Below are positions 1 to 7,762 of a stretch of DNA of 60,908 nt, piece after piece; position 1 is the first letter of the stretch; each line of letters begins with the position of its first letter. The notes beneath the pieces were generated by a model. That model worked only from the letters and a program-made list of their open reading frames with translations. It was not told the DNA's origin and made no database searches. Origin of the DNA: Thermoprotei archaeon. Its GTDB lineage: Archaea; Thermoproteota; Thermoprotei; Thermoproteales; B15-G16. The translations under genes were made by a program, and so were the position numbers. The stretch lies in the NCBI GenBank assembly GCA_003649205.1, contig QMRC01000010.1, positions 1 to 60,908 of the forward strand, written 5' to 3'.

Positions 1-204
1 CGATCGGGGGCGTGGCTTCGCGGGGTGGTCCCCGGACCCCCTTTCGGGCCCAAGTTCCCCGAGGGCTTGCCCCTCGGGGTTTCCTTGGGCCCACATCCGA
101 ATAAGTGTGGGTGTCGCCGTGTTCGGAGGACCGCCCCTCATCTCTCGGAGGATGTTTATAAACTTAACCTCCGTACCTAGGGGCGGCCACGCCGGACACG
201 GCGC
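1..204. ncRNA. GC-rich structured RNA-like element, truncated at window start (possibly a pre-rRNA leader/spacer)
   Basis: Much higher GC than the flank. Long hairpins: GGGCCCAAG..CCCCGAGGG / CCCTCGGGG..CTTGGGCCC (~46-92) and CGCCGTGTTCGG..CCGCCCCT..CGGAGG / CCTCCG..AGGGGCGG..CCGGACACGGCG (~114-203). TATATA about 25 nt beyond 204 would suit a minus-strand transcript. No mature rRNA, SRP or RNase P signature recognised. Confidence 0.45.
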
Positions 205-334
205 GTGTTGTATACGTGGCTCGATACTATATATCCCTTGCGTTATTGTGTTCTCTGGGTTACCTCTGTGTTGTCTGTGTTTGGTTTACTGGGTTTTTCT
301 GTTGTTTGTTTGGTGAATTTTTACTTGGGTTACG

Positions 335-1318
335 TTGCTCTGTTATGTTTACTCGTGGTTCTGTTTGTTTGTGGGTGTTGTTTTCTCGGTCTTGTCCTCA
401 TGGGCGGTGGGGATATATTGTGTCTTTGTGTCGTGTGTTGTTGGGTGTTGGGGTGGTTGCTCTGTGGATTCGTGTGCTGATGTGTCGTCTATTGAGGGTG
501 CTGTGTCTGCTGCTTCTGTTGCTCTTGACTGTCTGAGGAGGGTTCACGGTCTCTGTGGTGATTCTCTGGGTGTTGAGTTGATTGGTTCTCTAGATGTTCG
601 TGATGTGGTTGCTGTTCGTGGTGTTGGTCGTGGTGTCTCGTACGTTCCTGATCTGAAGAGGGTTGTGGTTGGTGTTGGTAGGTATGCGTGGTGTGATCTC
701 GTTGCTAGGGTTGCTCGTGGGCTCGTGTTGGCTGCTGCTCACAGGTACGTCGGTGTTATGGATCCTGACCTCTACCTCCCGTGCTCTATATCTGGTCTCG
801 TTGCTGAGCGTCTCGTACGTGATCTCGTGTGTGGTCTCTCTACTCCGTCTGTGTCTAAGGTGTTTCGTGGTGTTGGTACGATATGTAGTGAGTACAGGAG
901 TGGTGTGTTGAGACCTATATCGCATGTCGTTGAGCTTCTCCTCAGTAGGTACGTTGGCTACAGGGCTTGCTTCGGTGATGTTAGGGTTCGTGGGAGGTTG
1001 CTCGGTGGTGTTTGGTCTTTTGTTCTTAGGGTTGGTGGTTGTGATTGGTGTACGTTCTGTACGAGGGTTGGTGTTGTGTTTTCTCGTCGTGAACACGTTG
1101 TGTATGCTGTTTCTCAGGTTCTCGATGTTGAGGTTGGTGGTTTTGGTAGGTTCTCTCTCGGTGCTGTGTTCCCTACGGTTATTCAGGAGCATAGTCCTGA
1201 GGATCTTAGGTTCATCTTGAAGAGGTTCGGTAAGAGGATGATTGAGGTGAGGAATATATCTGAGGTCATGTCTCCTACGGTACTGAGGTCTATGAGGGAT
1301 TCTAGGCACTATCTGTGA
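335..1318 (+). CDS. hypothetical protein (true start probably downstream of 335)
   Basis: 327-aa ORF in G/T-skewed DNA; N-terminus looks like low-complexity read-through; no family recognised. Confidence 0.55.
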   Translation: MLCYVYSWFCLFVGVVFSVLSSWAVGIYCVFVSCVVGCWGGCSVDSCADVSSIEGAVSAASVALDCLRRVHGLCGDSLGVELIGSLDVRDVVAVRGVGRGVSYVPDLKRVVVGVGRYAWCDLVARVARGLVLAAAHRYVGVMDPDLYLPCSISGLVAERLVRDLVCGLSTPSVSKVFRGVGTICSEYRSGVLRPISHVVELLLSRYVGYRACFGDVRVRGRLLGGVWSFVLRVGGCDWCTFCTRVGVVFSRREHVVYAVSQVLDVEVGGFGRFSLGAVFPTVIQEHSPEDLRFILKRFGKRMIEVRNISEVMSPTVLRSMRDSRHYL

Positions 1319-1328
1319 GGTCTGTGGG

Positions 1329-1380
1329 ATGATGATTTGAGGGCGCAGGTGATTTGGTGATCGGTGTGGTGGGGTCCTGA
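1329..1380 (+). ncRNA. box C/D methylation guide sRNA
   Basis: C box ATGATGA 1329-1335, degenerate D' GTGA and C' TTGGTGA, D box CTGA 1377-1380; intergenic; flanking GAGGTC/GACCTC can pair. Confidence 0.6.
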
Positions 1381-1385
1381 CCTCG

Positions 1386-2465
1386 ATGTCTGTCTCTATC
1401 TGGTGGGGTTGTGGTGGTGTTCACGTTAGGTTCCGTAGCTCGTACCTCTGTATTGACGTTACCTCAATTCCTGTTCAGCGTCCTGATGCTGTCTTGATCT
1501 CTCATGCTCATAGGGATCACTACTCTCCTGGTGTTGTCTCTAGGTTGAGATGTGGTGTTGTCTGTAGTGGTGGTACTCGTGATCTCTTGTTGAGGGAGGT
1601 CTCTCTCGGTATTGGTCGTTGGGTTCGTGTTGAGGATGGTCTTCGTGTCGATCTCGGTGGTGTATGTGTTGAGGGTTTCTCTGCTGGTCACGTTCTCGGT
1701 TCTCTCCAGTTCAGGATCGAGCTCCCTGGTGCTGTGATTGGTTACACTGGTGATCTCTGTACTGAGGGTTCTCTCGTTGAGTGTGGTTGTAGGTTTCTGG
1801 GTGATGTCGATGTGTTGGTTGTGGAGTCTACGTATGGTAGGGAGGAGTTTGTCTTTCCTCCTAGGGATGAGGTCTATAGGGAGGTTGCTGGTGTTCTGGA
1901 GCGTGAGGTTGGTAGGGGTAGGGTCGTTGTATTGATTGGTCAGCTCGTTGGTAAGTGTCAGGAGTTGACTGCTCTTGCCTCTAGGGTTGCTCGTGTTCCT
2001 GTTGTTGTTTCTAGGGGTGTGTATGGGGTTAATGAGGTGTATAGGTGTTGGGGTAGGGATCTCGGTGAGTACCATGTGCTTGGTAGTGAGGTTTCTCGTG
2101 AGTTACTTAAGTCTGGTTGTGCTCTCGTTGTTTCTCTTGGTGAGTTCAGGACCTGGTTTAGGTATGGTCTCAAGAGGTTTCTGAGGTTGAGTGATGTTCC
2201 TGTTACGGTTCTGTGTAGTGGTTGGGTTGTTTCGAGTTACTGGAGCTACGTACTTAGGTCTAGGTACTTGATCGATTACTTGTTTCCTCTTAGTTCTCAT
2301 GTTGATTTCAGGGAGCTTCTTGAGTACGTTGAGTGTGTTAGACCGAGGATCGTGATCACTACTAGGGGGTTCACGAGGGAGTTTGCTAGGGTTGTTGAGG
2401 AGAGGTTGGGTATTAGGGCTGTTGCTATTGAGGATCTTGGTTGTGGTGAGGTCTCTGTGGTGTAG
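1386..2465 (+). CDS. metallo-beta-lactamase fold beta-CASP nuclease (RNA processing exonuclease family)
   Basis: ISHAHRDH, AGHVLGS, YTGD, ESTYG and LSSH motifs. Confidence 0.85.
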   Translation: MSVSIWWGCGGVHVRFRSSYLCIDVTSIPVQRPDAVLISHAHRDHYSPGVVSRLRCGVVCSGGTRDLLLREVSLGIGRWVRVEDGLRVDLGGVCVEGFSAGHVLGSLQFRIELPGAVIGYTGDLCTEGSLVECGCRFLGDVDVLVVESTYGREEFVFPPRDEVYREVAGVLEREVGRGRVVVLIGQLVGKCQELTALASRVARVPVVVSRGVYGVNEVYRCWGRDLGEYHVLGSEVSRELLKSGCALVVSLGEFRTWFRYGLKRFLRLSDVPVTVLCSGWVVSSYWSYVLRSRYLIDYLFPLSSHVDFRELLEYVECVRPRIVITTRGFTREFARVVEERLGIRAVAIEDLGCGEVSVV

Positions 2466-2548
2466 TGTGGGTTTCTCCTGTATTCCTGTACCTGTGTTGC
2501 TTCTGTGATGTGTCTGCTAGCAATGTATTTACGTTGGTTCTCGCTTAG

Positions 2549-2965
2549 TTGTTGAGGAGGTTGTGTTCTGTGGGTGGTGGGAGGAGACGTAGGTTTAGGT
2601 TTGTTGAGGAGAGGGGTGGTAAGAAGTACTATCTCGGTGTTGAGCTTCCTTACTTCATAGCGTTCATAGTTTTCCTCATTATTGGTATCATTGGGTTCGT
2701 ACTACCGTTCTTTCTCTCTACGCCACCTGTAGATCTCGTATCTGTGGGTGTAGGTGTTGTTGGTATTTTACTCTCTACGATTTCATACCTTACTGGTGTT
2801 AGTAGGGGTTACATGGATGAATTTAGGGAAGAGATGAGGGAGTTTAGGAGGGAGATGAGGGATTTCAGGAATGAGGTGAGAGAGTTTAGAGAGGAGGTTA
2901 CTGCTTTGTTGAGGAGAGTTGTTGAGGTTCTTGAGGAAATTCGTGGTGCTGTTTCTAGGCGTTGA
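2549..2965 (+). CDS. small membrane protein (2 TM) with C-terminal heptad-repeat coiled coil
   Basis: two hydrophobic segments followed by EFREEMR-EFRREMR-DFRNEVR-EFREEVT. Confidence 0.65.
   Translation: MLRRLCSVGGGRRRRFRFVEERGGKKYYLGVELPYFIAFIVFLIIGIIGFVLPFFLSTPPVDLVSVGVGVVGILLSTISYLTGVSRGYMDEFREEMREFRREMRDFRNEVREFREEVTALLRRVVEVLEEIRGAVSRR
2819..2902 (+). repeat. 4 x 21-nt degenerate coding tandem repeat (heptad)
   Basis: GAATTTAGGGAAGAGATGAGG / GAGTTTAGGAGGGAGATGAGG / GATTTCAGGAATGAGGTGAGA / GAGTTTAGAGAGGAGGTTACT. Confidence 0.6.
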
Positions 2966-2970
2966 CCGTG

Positions 2971-3765
2971 CTATTCACGTGCTTGAGCATATCTGTGTAG
3001 TGTCTCGAGTGCTATCTTTGCTATCTTCTCGTAGTTCTGTGCTATTAGTGGTTCTAGTTTCTTGAGTTCTTCGTATGGTCGTGACTTCGTTACGTGGTCA
3101 CTAACTACGAGTAGTGCTATGCAGGGTATGTTTGCTAGGTACGTCAATGTGTACAGTACTGATACCTCGCACTCAACTGCTAGTACTCTGTACATGTTCC
3201 ATCTACGTCCCCAATCTGGTTCCTCTACGAATGTTGCTGGTGTTGTGAGGACTACACCGTAGTGTGTCCTCAGTTCTGGATACATTTCCTTAAGTACATC
3301 CTGCACTATCCTCAGTAACCTGTAGTCAGGTACTGCTGGGTACTCTCTAGGTACATATTGCTGAGTCGTGTTCTCCTCTCTGATAGCTCCTGTAGGTACC
3401 ACTACATCACCTACCTCAAGTTCTTCATCTAGTGCACCACAGAGACCTACACCTATCATTGCCCTTACTCCTCTCCTCCAGGCTAGTGCTACTACCCACT
3501 CTGTGTATATGGGTCCTCCAGCAATTGCTACTGTTGTTACCTTGATGCTACGGTACTTACCTATGTGGACCTTAGTTATGTGTGCTGTACCTGTGATATC
3601 TCTCGGTTCCTGAAGGAGTTTGTGTAGTGTTCTGAAGCCGCTTCCTAGACCAACTACCCAGTACCTACTCGTTAACTCTAAATTCCCTTCCTGTACGAGT
3701 ATGTCTGCACACATCTCAAACCAGTAGTCACTAGCTGTGAAGATACGTGGCATAACTGACCCCAC
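2971..3765 (-). CDS. nucleoside phosphorylase (PNP/UDP family)
   Basis: GVGLCGAL, GDVVVPTGAIREE, YPAVPD, AVECE and VVSD motifs. Confidence 0.85.
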   Translation of the reverse strand: MGSVMPRIFTASDYWFEMCADILVQEGNLELTSRYWVVGLGSGFRTLHKLLQEPRDITGTAHITKVHIGKYRSIKVTTVAIAGGPIYTEWVVALAWRRGVRAMIGVGLCGALDEELEVGDVVVPTGAIREENTTQQYVPREYPAVPDYRLLRIVQDVLKEMYPELRTHYGVVLTTPATFVEEPDWGRRWNMYRVLAVECEVSVLYTLTYLANIPCIALLVVSDHVTKSRPYEELKKLEPLIAQNYEKIAKIALETLHRYAQARE

Positions 3766-3820
3766 GTGGTACCTCGTCGTTGCTTCTCTACCTTACTCAC
3801 ATTGATCCTGAATATCGATG

Positions 3821-4255
3821 CTATCTCCAGTACTGTGGTGGATAGCTCTTTCGAACTATGCTTGGTGAATCATCTTCAAATCTCCACCTTCCTGAGGCTA
3901 GTCCCAGGATCACGATCCTTAGCTCCTCACCCAACTTATCCTTTATCAGTACTTCCTCCTCAATGTGGAAGATAACTGCATCACACCTTACAGGACCTAC
4001 CGTACGATCACTCTCAATAACCTCTACCTCCAGTGCGTTGGGTACTAGGTACTTTCTCACAGGTCCGCCAGCTGTACCTAGCTCAATTATCGTTGCTGTT
4101 GGTGGTGGAGGCCAGAGGCCTAGCTCTCTAGCTAGAGCTATGGGTATCATGAGCTCAGGTCTCTCAGTCTCGTAGCCACTATTGACCAGAGCTACAGTAT
4201 CAACAACTTTGCCACTACCTGAGCACCTAATTCTTAACCTCACCCTTACAGCCAA
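3821..4255 (-). CDS. clan AA aspartyl-protease-like protein (archaeal small family)
   Basis: VALVNSGY (DSG-like motif with Asn), IPIALARELGL, ELGTAGG. Confidence 0.65.
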   Translation of the reverse strand: MAVRVRLRIRCSGSGKVVDTVALVNSGYETERPELMIPIALARELGLWPPPPTATIIELGTAGGPVRKYLVPNALEVEVIESDRTVGPVRCDAVIFHIEEEVLIKDKLGEELRIVILGLASGRWRFEDDSPSIVRKSYPPQYWR

Positions 4256-4477
4256 CTACGATCCCTCTAAACCAAATATGTCCAACTCTCCTCCTGCGAA
4301 CGTATATGTGTCCAACTCTACCATGAAGCTTCATAGAGGGTACCCCCAATCGCTCACCAGTACCTACGAACTCGCAGTATATTTCCTTAGCTAAATACCT
4401 CATGTCCTGGTAGTTGCTGGTGTATAAGTACAGGTACAACTAGAGGAGAGGCTCAAGTCTGCGTTACTTATGTACAG

Positions 4478-4897
4478 CTAGTAAGTTATCCTCTGGAGTT
4501 CGAAGACTTCGATTCCTTGATCTACAATACACGTCTCTTTAAGGTCCTCTGGTGCTGATTCACATATGACTACAGCTTTTGGTCTCAACCTCCTATGTCT
4601 CTGGAAGATGTGTCTGTAGTGCAGTATCTGTCCAAGACCTGTATACGTTAGTGAACCTCTCTCAACCTCAATTACGTACCAGGTACAGTCGCTGCTGTGA
4701 AGTACAGCATCTATTTCCCTATCACCAACCCTACACTTAGGGTACACCTCCTTATCGTCAATGGAAATGCCTTTACTTCTCAAATATGCTAGGTACTTTG
4801 TGATTGCCTGCTCTTCATATTCTGTCAATGGACCCTTTTCGGTGGTGGTGCTTCTGTTCTTGACTGACATATCTCCCATAAGGGACATCTGTAACAT
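4478..4897 (-). CDS. PD-(D/E)XK-fold nuclease-like protein (resembles NucS C-terminal domain)
   Basis: REIDAV..VIEVE..GLGQILHY pattern; catalytic Lys position is Glu. Confidence 0.6.
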   Translation of the reverse strand: MLQMSLMGDMSVKNRSTTTEKGPLTEYEEQAITKYLAYLRSKGISIDDKEVYPKCRVGDREIDAVLHSSDCTWYVIEVERGSLTYTGLGQILHYRHIFQRHRRLRPKAVVICESAPEDLKETCIVDQGIEVFELQRITY

Positions 4898-5124
4898 AGT
4901 GATGTGGTTCGATTGCGTTTGCAGTACCTCATAACTACTGGTCTCGAAAATACGTAATCGTACTTTGCTGAATCCTCCTCACTGATACTCCTATAGAGCT
5001 TAATTATCGCAGGTGCTTGTAGGAGCCCATCATAGATTTCATCCAGGAACTGTCTCAATTCGATAGGAGATGCCCCAGTAGGTTACCTCTCTTGGAGCTT
5101 TACATCAGTTTCCGTAATCCACAT
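4825..5124 (-). pseudogene. 3' remnant of a DUF2400/HhH-GPD-like gene with Cys cluster
   Basis: EEDSAKYDYVFSR followed by C-x8-C-x2-C-x5-C; in-frame TAA at 5083-5085; N-terminal part absent. Confidence 0.5.
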
Positions 5125-5195
5125 TGTGAGTTGCTTGGAGGTGGAGCTGAGGTACTTTTTAAGTTCTGTTACGTCATTTACTATGGGTTCTATTC

Positions 5196-5909
5196 ATGAG
5201 TCTTGGTCCTGAGTTAACGCTGTACATAGTGTATCTCTTGGATGATCAAGCTTACTTGACTAAGATAGTTAAAGCTCTATTCCTTAGTGATTACATTTCC
5301 AAAAAGATACTCAATCATCGTATTTCCGGTATTAGGTGGATTAAGCATCTATATGGTCCTTGGTCGTATGAAGTGCATACAGCTCTTGATTTATTGAGGA
5401 ATTTGGGTTATGTGAATGAGGTTGCAACATCATCTCTATTGTCTTTGGTTGGTTTACCTGTTGCTAGGAGGTTTCGTGTTAAGAAATTGGGTAGGGCAGC
5501 TGTTGAGAGGTATGTGAGGAAGTTGTTGACTCAGAGGGAGGACTCTATTGTGAGATGTGTTTGCGGACGTTTACGTAAGTTCAAATTGGAGCAAGTTCTG
5601 CGTCTGGTCTATGTACTGCCTGAAGTTAGGTATGCTCGAAGTGGTGAGGAGATTAGGATTCTACCTCATCCCGATACCTTGCTTAATGAGGTTAGAAGTT
5701 GTTTGAGAGAGATGGGGCTTGATGCTGTGGGAGGTATTGATGAGCTTGAGGAGAAAGTAAATGAGATTCCAGCACTTATTGAAAGAGGATTACTGCCTGA
5801 GCATCCTACTTGGGAGAAGTACATTGAGTTAAGGGGATTGGTTGGTATGGCTAGAGAGCTATACCGAGTGCTAGATATGCTTAGCAGTATCTTCAATTTG
5901 GCGTTTTAA
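5196..5909 (+). CDS. Panacea/SocA (DUF4065)-like antitoxin with TumA-like C-terminal extension
   Basis: LTKIVKALFLSDY..W..HLYGPWSYEV (DUF4065-like); C-terminal EHPTWEKYIE. Confidence 0.6.
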   Translation: MSLGPELTLYIVYLLDDQAYLTKIVKALFLSDYISKKILNHRISGIRWIKHLYGPWSYEVHTALDLLRNLGYVNEVATSSLLSLVGLPVARRFRVKKLGRAAVERYVRKLLTQREDSIVRCVCGRLRKFKLEQVLRLVYVLPEVRYARSGEEIRILPHPDTLLNEVRSCLREMGLDAVGGIDELEEKVNEIPALIERGLLPEHPTWEKYIELRGLVGMARELYRVLDMLSSIFNLAF

Positions 5910-5924
5910 TAATGGAGGTGAGAG

Positions 5925-6308
5925 ATGGAGTCCATACTGATCTTGATTCGTGATCTGCTACTGGATTTACTCGATAGATCAACTTTGACGAAATTTGTGG
6001 AGAACGTTGGGTCGTTATATGAGCGAAATACGCTCAAGGTATTCTTCAGGGGTGGTATAACGTTGATAGTCAGGCACGCTGGAGATAGTTATGCTGTGGT
6101 AATCCATGGTGTTGATTGTGAGGAGATGGTTAAGTGGGATAACGCACCACATCATAGGGACTTAAGTTCGTTTCCACACCATGTTCATGAGGGAGGACTT
6201 GTAAAGGAATCCAGCAAGAGATTTACGGTAGATACCCTTGCAGAGGATCTACTTCAGGTCCTGATGAGACTTAGGAAGTACGTACTGAAGTCAACACAGG
6301 ATTCCTGA
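5925..6308 (+). CDS. DUF6516/TumE-family toxin-like protein
   Basis: WDNAPHH.....FPHHVH signature; GGAGGTGA Shine-Dalgarno upstream. Confidence 0.7.
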   Translation: MESILILIRDLLLDLLDRSTLTKFVENVGSLYERNTLKVFFRGGITLIVRHAGDSYAVVIHGVDCEEMVKWDNAPHHRDLSSFPHHVHEGGLVKESSKRFTVDTLAEDLLQVLMRLRKYVLKSTQDS

Positions 6309-6356
6309 ATAGAATTGAGATCACTGTAATTGTTAATGTCTAAAATTTTGAGGGAG

Positions 6357-6433
6357 TGGTGCCGGGGGTGGGATTTGAACCCACGCCCTCCGGATTATGA
6401 GTCCGGCGCCCTACCAGGCTAGGCTACCCCGGC
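6357..6433 (-). tRNA. tRNA-Met (CAT), elongator type, intronless, CCA encoded
   Basis: reverse complement GCCGGGGTAGCCTAGCCTGGTAGGGCGCCGGACTCATAATCCGGAGGGCGTGGGTTCAAATCCCACCCCCGGCACCA folds as a cloverleaf. Confidence 0.93.
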
Positions 6434-6505
6434 TCTTGAGAGCCCTCAACTGATGTCTTTATATGGGGAAAATATTTTGTTTTCGCTCTTCTTGGCTTAT
6501 TCTTG

Positions 6506-6559
6506 GTGATGAGTCCAGCCGAGCTGATTTTGGTGATGTTGTCCCTTCCGCCCCACTGA
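6506..6559 (+). ncRNA. box C/D methylation guide sRNA
   Basis: C GTGATGA 6506-6512, D' CTGA 6524-6527, C' GTGATGT 6533-6539, D CTGA 6556-6559; intergenic. Confidence 0.75.
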
Positions 6560-6560
6560 T

Positions 6561-7283
6561 TCACTTCTTCGTGAGTTCGGTTACCTTATCTGGGTGTGCT
6601 ACCACTACTCTCGTGACTAGTTTGTTTGGGAAGAGTCCTACCTCTACTACTCCTGTTATGGTCTTGAGTGTGGTCTCTAGCTCCTCTACTCTGTGTGGTG
6701 GTATTGGTTCTTGTGGCTGTATGTCTAGTATGAGGTTTCCGTTGTCTGTCACTACTGGTCCTACTTTCCCGGTTCCTTCTCTCAGTCTCATGTCTTTGCA
6801 GGGTATGACTTCGCTTACTCTCTTCATTACGTACTTTACTGCTTGTGGTAGTACTTCTATTGGTAGTGGGTGTCTCGTACATAGTCTATCGACTAGCTTC
6901 CTGTAGTCTACTATGATTATGACTTGTCTTGCCATGGAGTCTACGATCTTTTCTCTTGTTAGTGCTGCTCCTCCTCCCTTGAGTAGGTTTAGGTCTGGAT
7001 CTACTTCATCTGCTCCGTCTACTGCTATGTCTATTTCTTGGTAGTGCTGTGGTTGTCTTACTTTGAGTCCTAGTTCTGTTGCTAGTAGCTCTATGTCGTG
7101 TGATGTCGGTACTACCTCTATGTTCCTCAGCTCTCCTGCCCTAACTTTCTCTGCTAGGTGCTTGACGAAGTACCTCATTGTTGATCCTGAACCTAGTCCA
7201 ACTACTTGGTTGTCCTGTATGTACTTGAGTGCTTCTCTTGCTGCTGCTTGCTTGCACTTCTCAACTATGTCTCGTTCTGTCAT
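6561..7283 (-). CDS. rpiA: ribose-5-phosphate isomerase A
   Basis: GLGSGST, DGADEVD, KGGGAALTREK, VTDNGN; start moved to ATG 7283 because the longer ORF overlaps a C/D sRNA. Confidence 0.95.
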   Translation of the reverse strand: MTERDIVEKCKQAAAREALKYIQDNQVVGLGSGSTMRYFVKHLAEKVRAGELRNIEVVPTSHDIELLATELGLKVRQPQHYQEIDIAVDGADEVDPDLNLLKGGGAALTREKIVDSMARQVIIIVDYRKLVDRLCTRHPLPIEVLPQAVKYVMKRVSEVIPCKDMRLREGTGKVGPVVTDNGNLILDIQPQEPIPPHRVEELETTLKTITGVVEVGLFPNKLVTRVVVAHPDKVTELTKK

Positions 7284-7341
7284 CGCTTTTGTCTGGTATG
7301 TGTTTGAGGTTAAATACTTCCCTCTCTCGTGTTCTTGGTTG

Positions 7342-7392
7342 GTGATGATGTTGCAGCCATGCTGATTGAGTGATGTGGATTCCACGTGCTGA
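7342..7392 (+). ncRNA. box C/D methylation guide sRNA
   Basis: C GTGATGA 7342-7348, 13-nt guide, D' CTGA 7362-7365, C' GTGATGT 7370-7376, 12-nt guide, D CTGA 7389-7392. Confidence 0.8.
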
Positions 7393-7432
7393 TTTTCTGT
7401 GGTTAAGTTGATTAGGGGTTTCTGCTGTTGCT

Positions 7433-7762
7433 GTGTTGGTGTTGTGTATGGGTTTGCTGTTGATTAGGAATGAGGATGTTGTGAGGGTTCTCGCTGGTGT
7501 TCCTAGGGGTCATAAGCACCTTAGGTTTGTGTTGTTTTTGAGGGATGGTACCTGTATCGTTCTTCATGAGGCTACTGTTGCTGCTCTCGTGAGGGCTTAC
7601 GTAGATATTGTTACTCATCCCTGTAGGAGGGGTGTTGAGCTTTGTCAGGTTAGGTTGGGTAGGGGTTTGAGGAAGGAGGGTTTTGCTGAGTTTCAGTTGG
7701 TTGAGAGTGGTCGTTGTGAGGAGGAGGTTGTTGATGAGCTCACCAGGGTTATCTTTGGTTGA
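7433..7762 (+). CDS. conserved hypothetical protein
   Basis: protein-like ORF (GVPRGHKHLR, VLHEATVAALVRAYVDIVTHP) overlapping dph2. Confidence 0.7.
   Translation: MLVLCMGLLLIRNEDVVRVLAGVPRGHKHLRFVLFLRDGTCIVLHEATVAALVRAYVDIVTHPCRRGVELCQVRLGRGLRKEGFAEFQLVESGRCEEEVVDELTRVIFG

Noticed and set aside
1-204. RNase P RNA, SRP RNA or H/ACA RNA identity
   Set aside because: The AGGAAACCCC segment pairs locally rather than forming P4; no SRP helix-8 motif; no clear K-turn plus ACA arrangement
107-2300. Long alternative-frame and antisense ORFs (e.g. 590-1309, 1464-2075; also 7749-8363 and 60194-60586)
   Set aside because: Thr/Asn/Pro- or Val/Leu-rich shadows produced by the skew (few stop codons), overlapping better-supported genes
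2819-2902. CRISPR-like periodicity
   Set aside because: 21-nt in-frame degenerate coding repeat without spacers; no CRISPR array or cas gene recognised anywhere in the window
6357-6433. Initiator tRNA-Met or tRNA-Ile2(CAT)
   Set aside because: G1-C72 rather than A1-U72 and no three consecutive G-C anticodon-stem pairs; the GCCGGGG acceptor fits elongator Met better than Ile2
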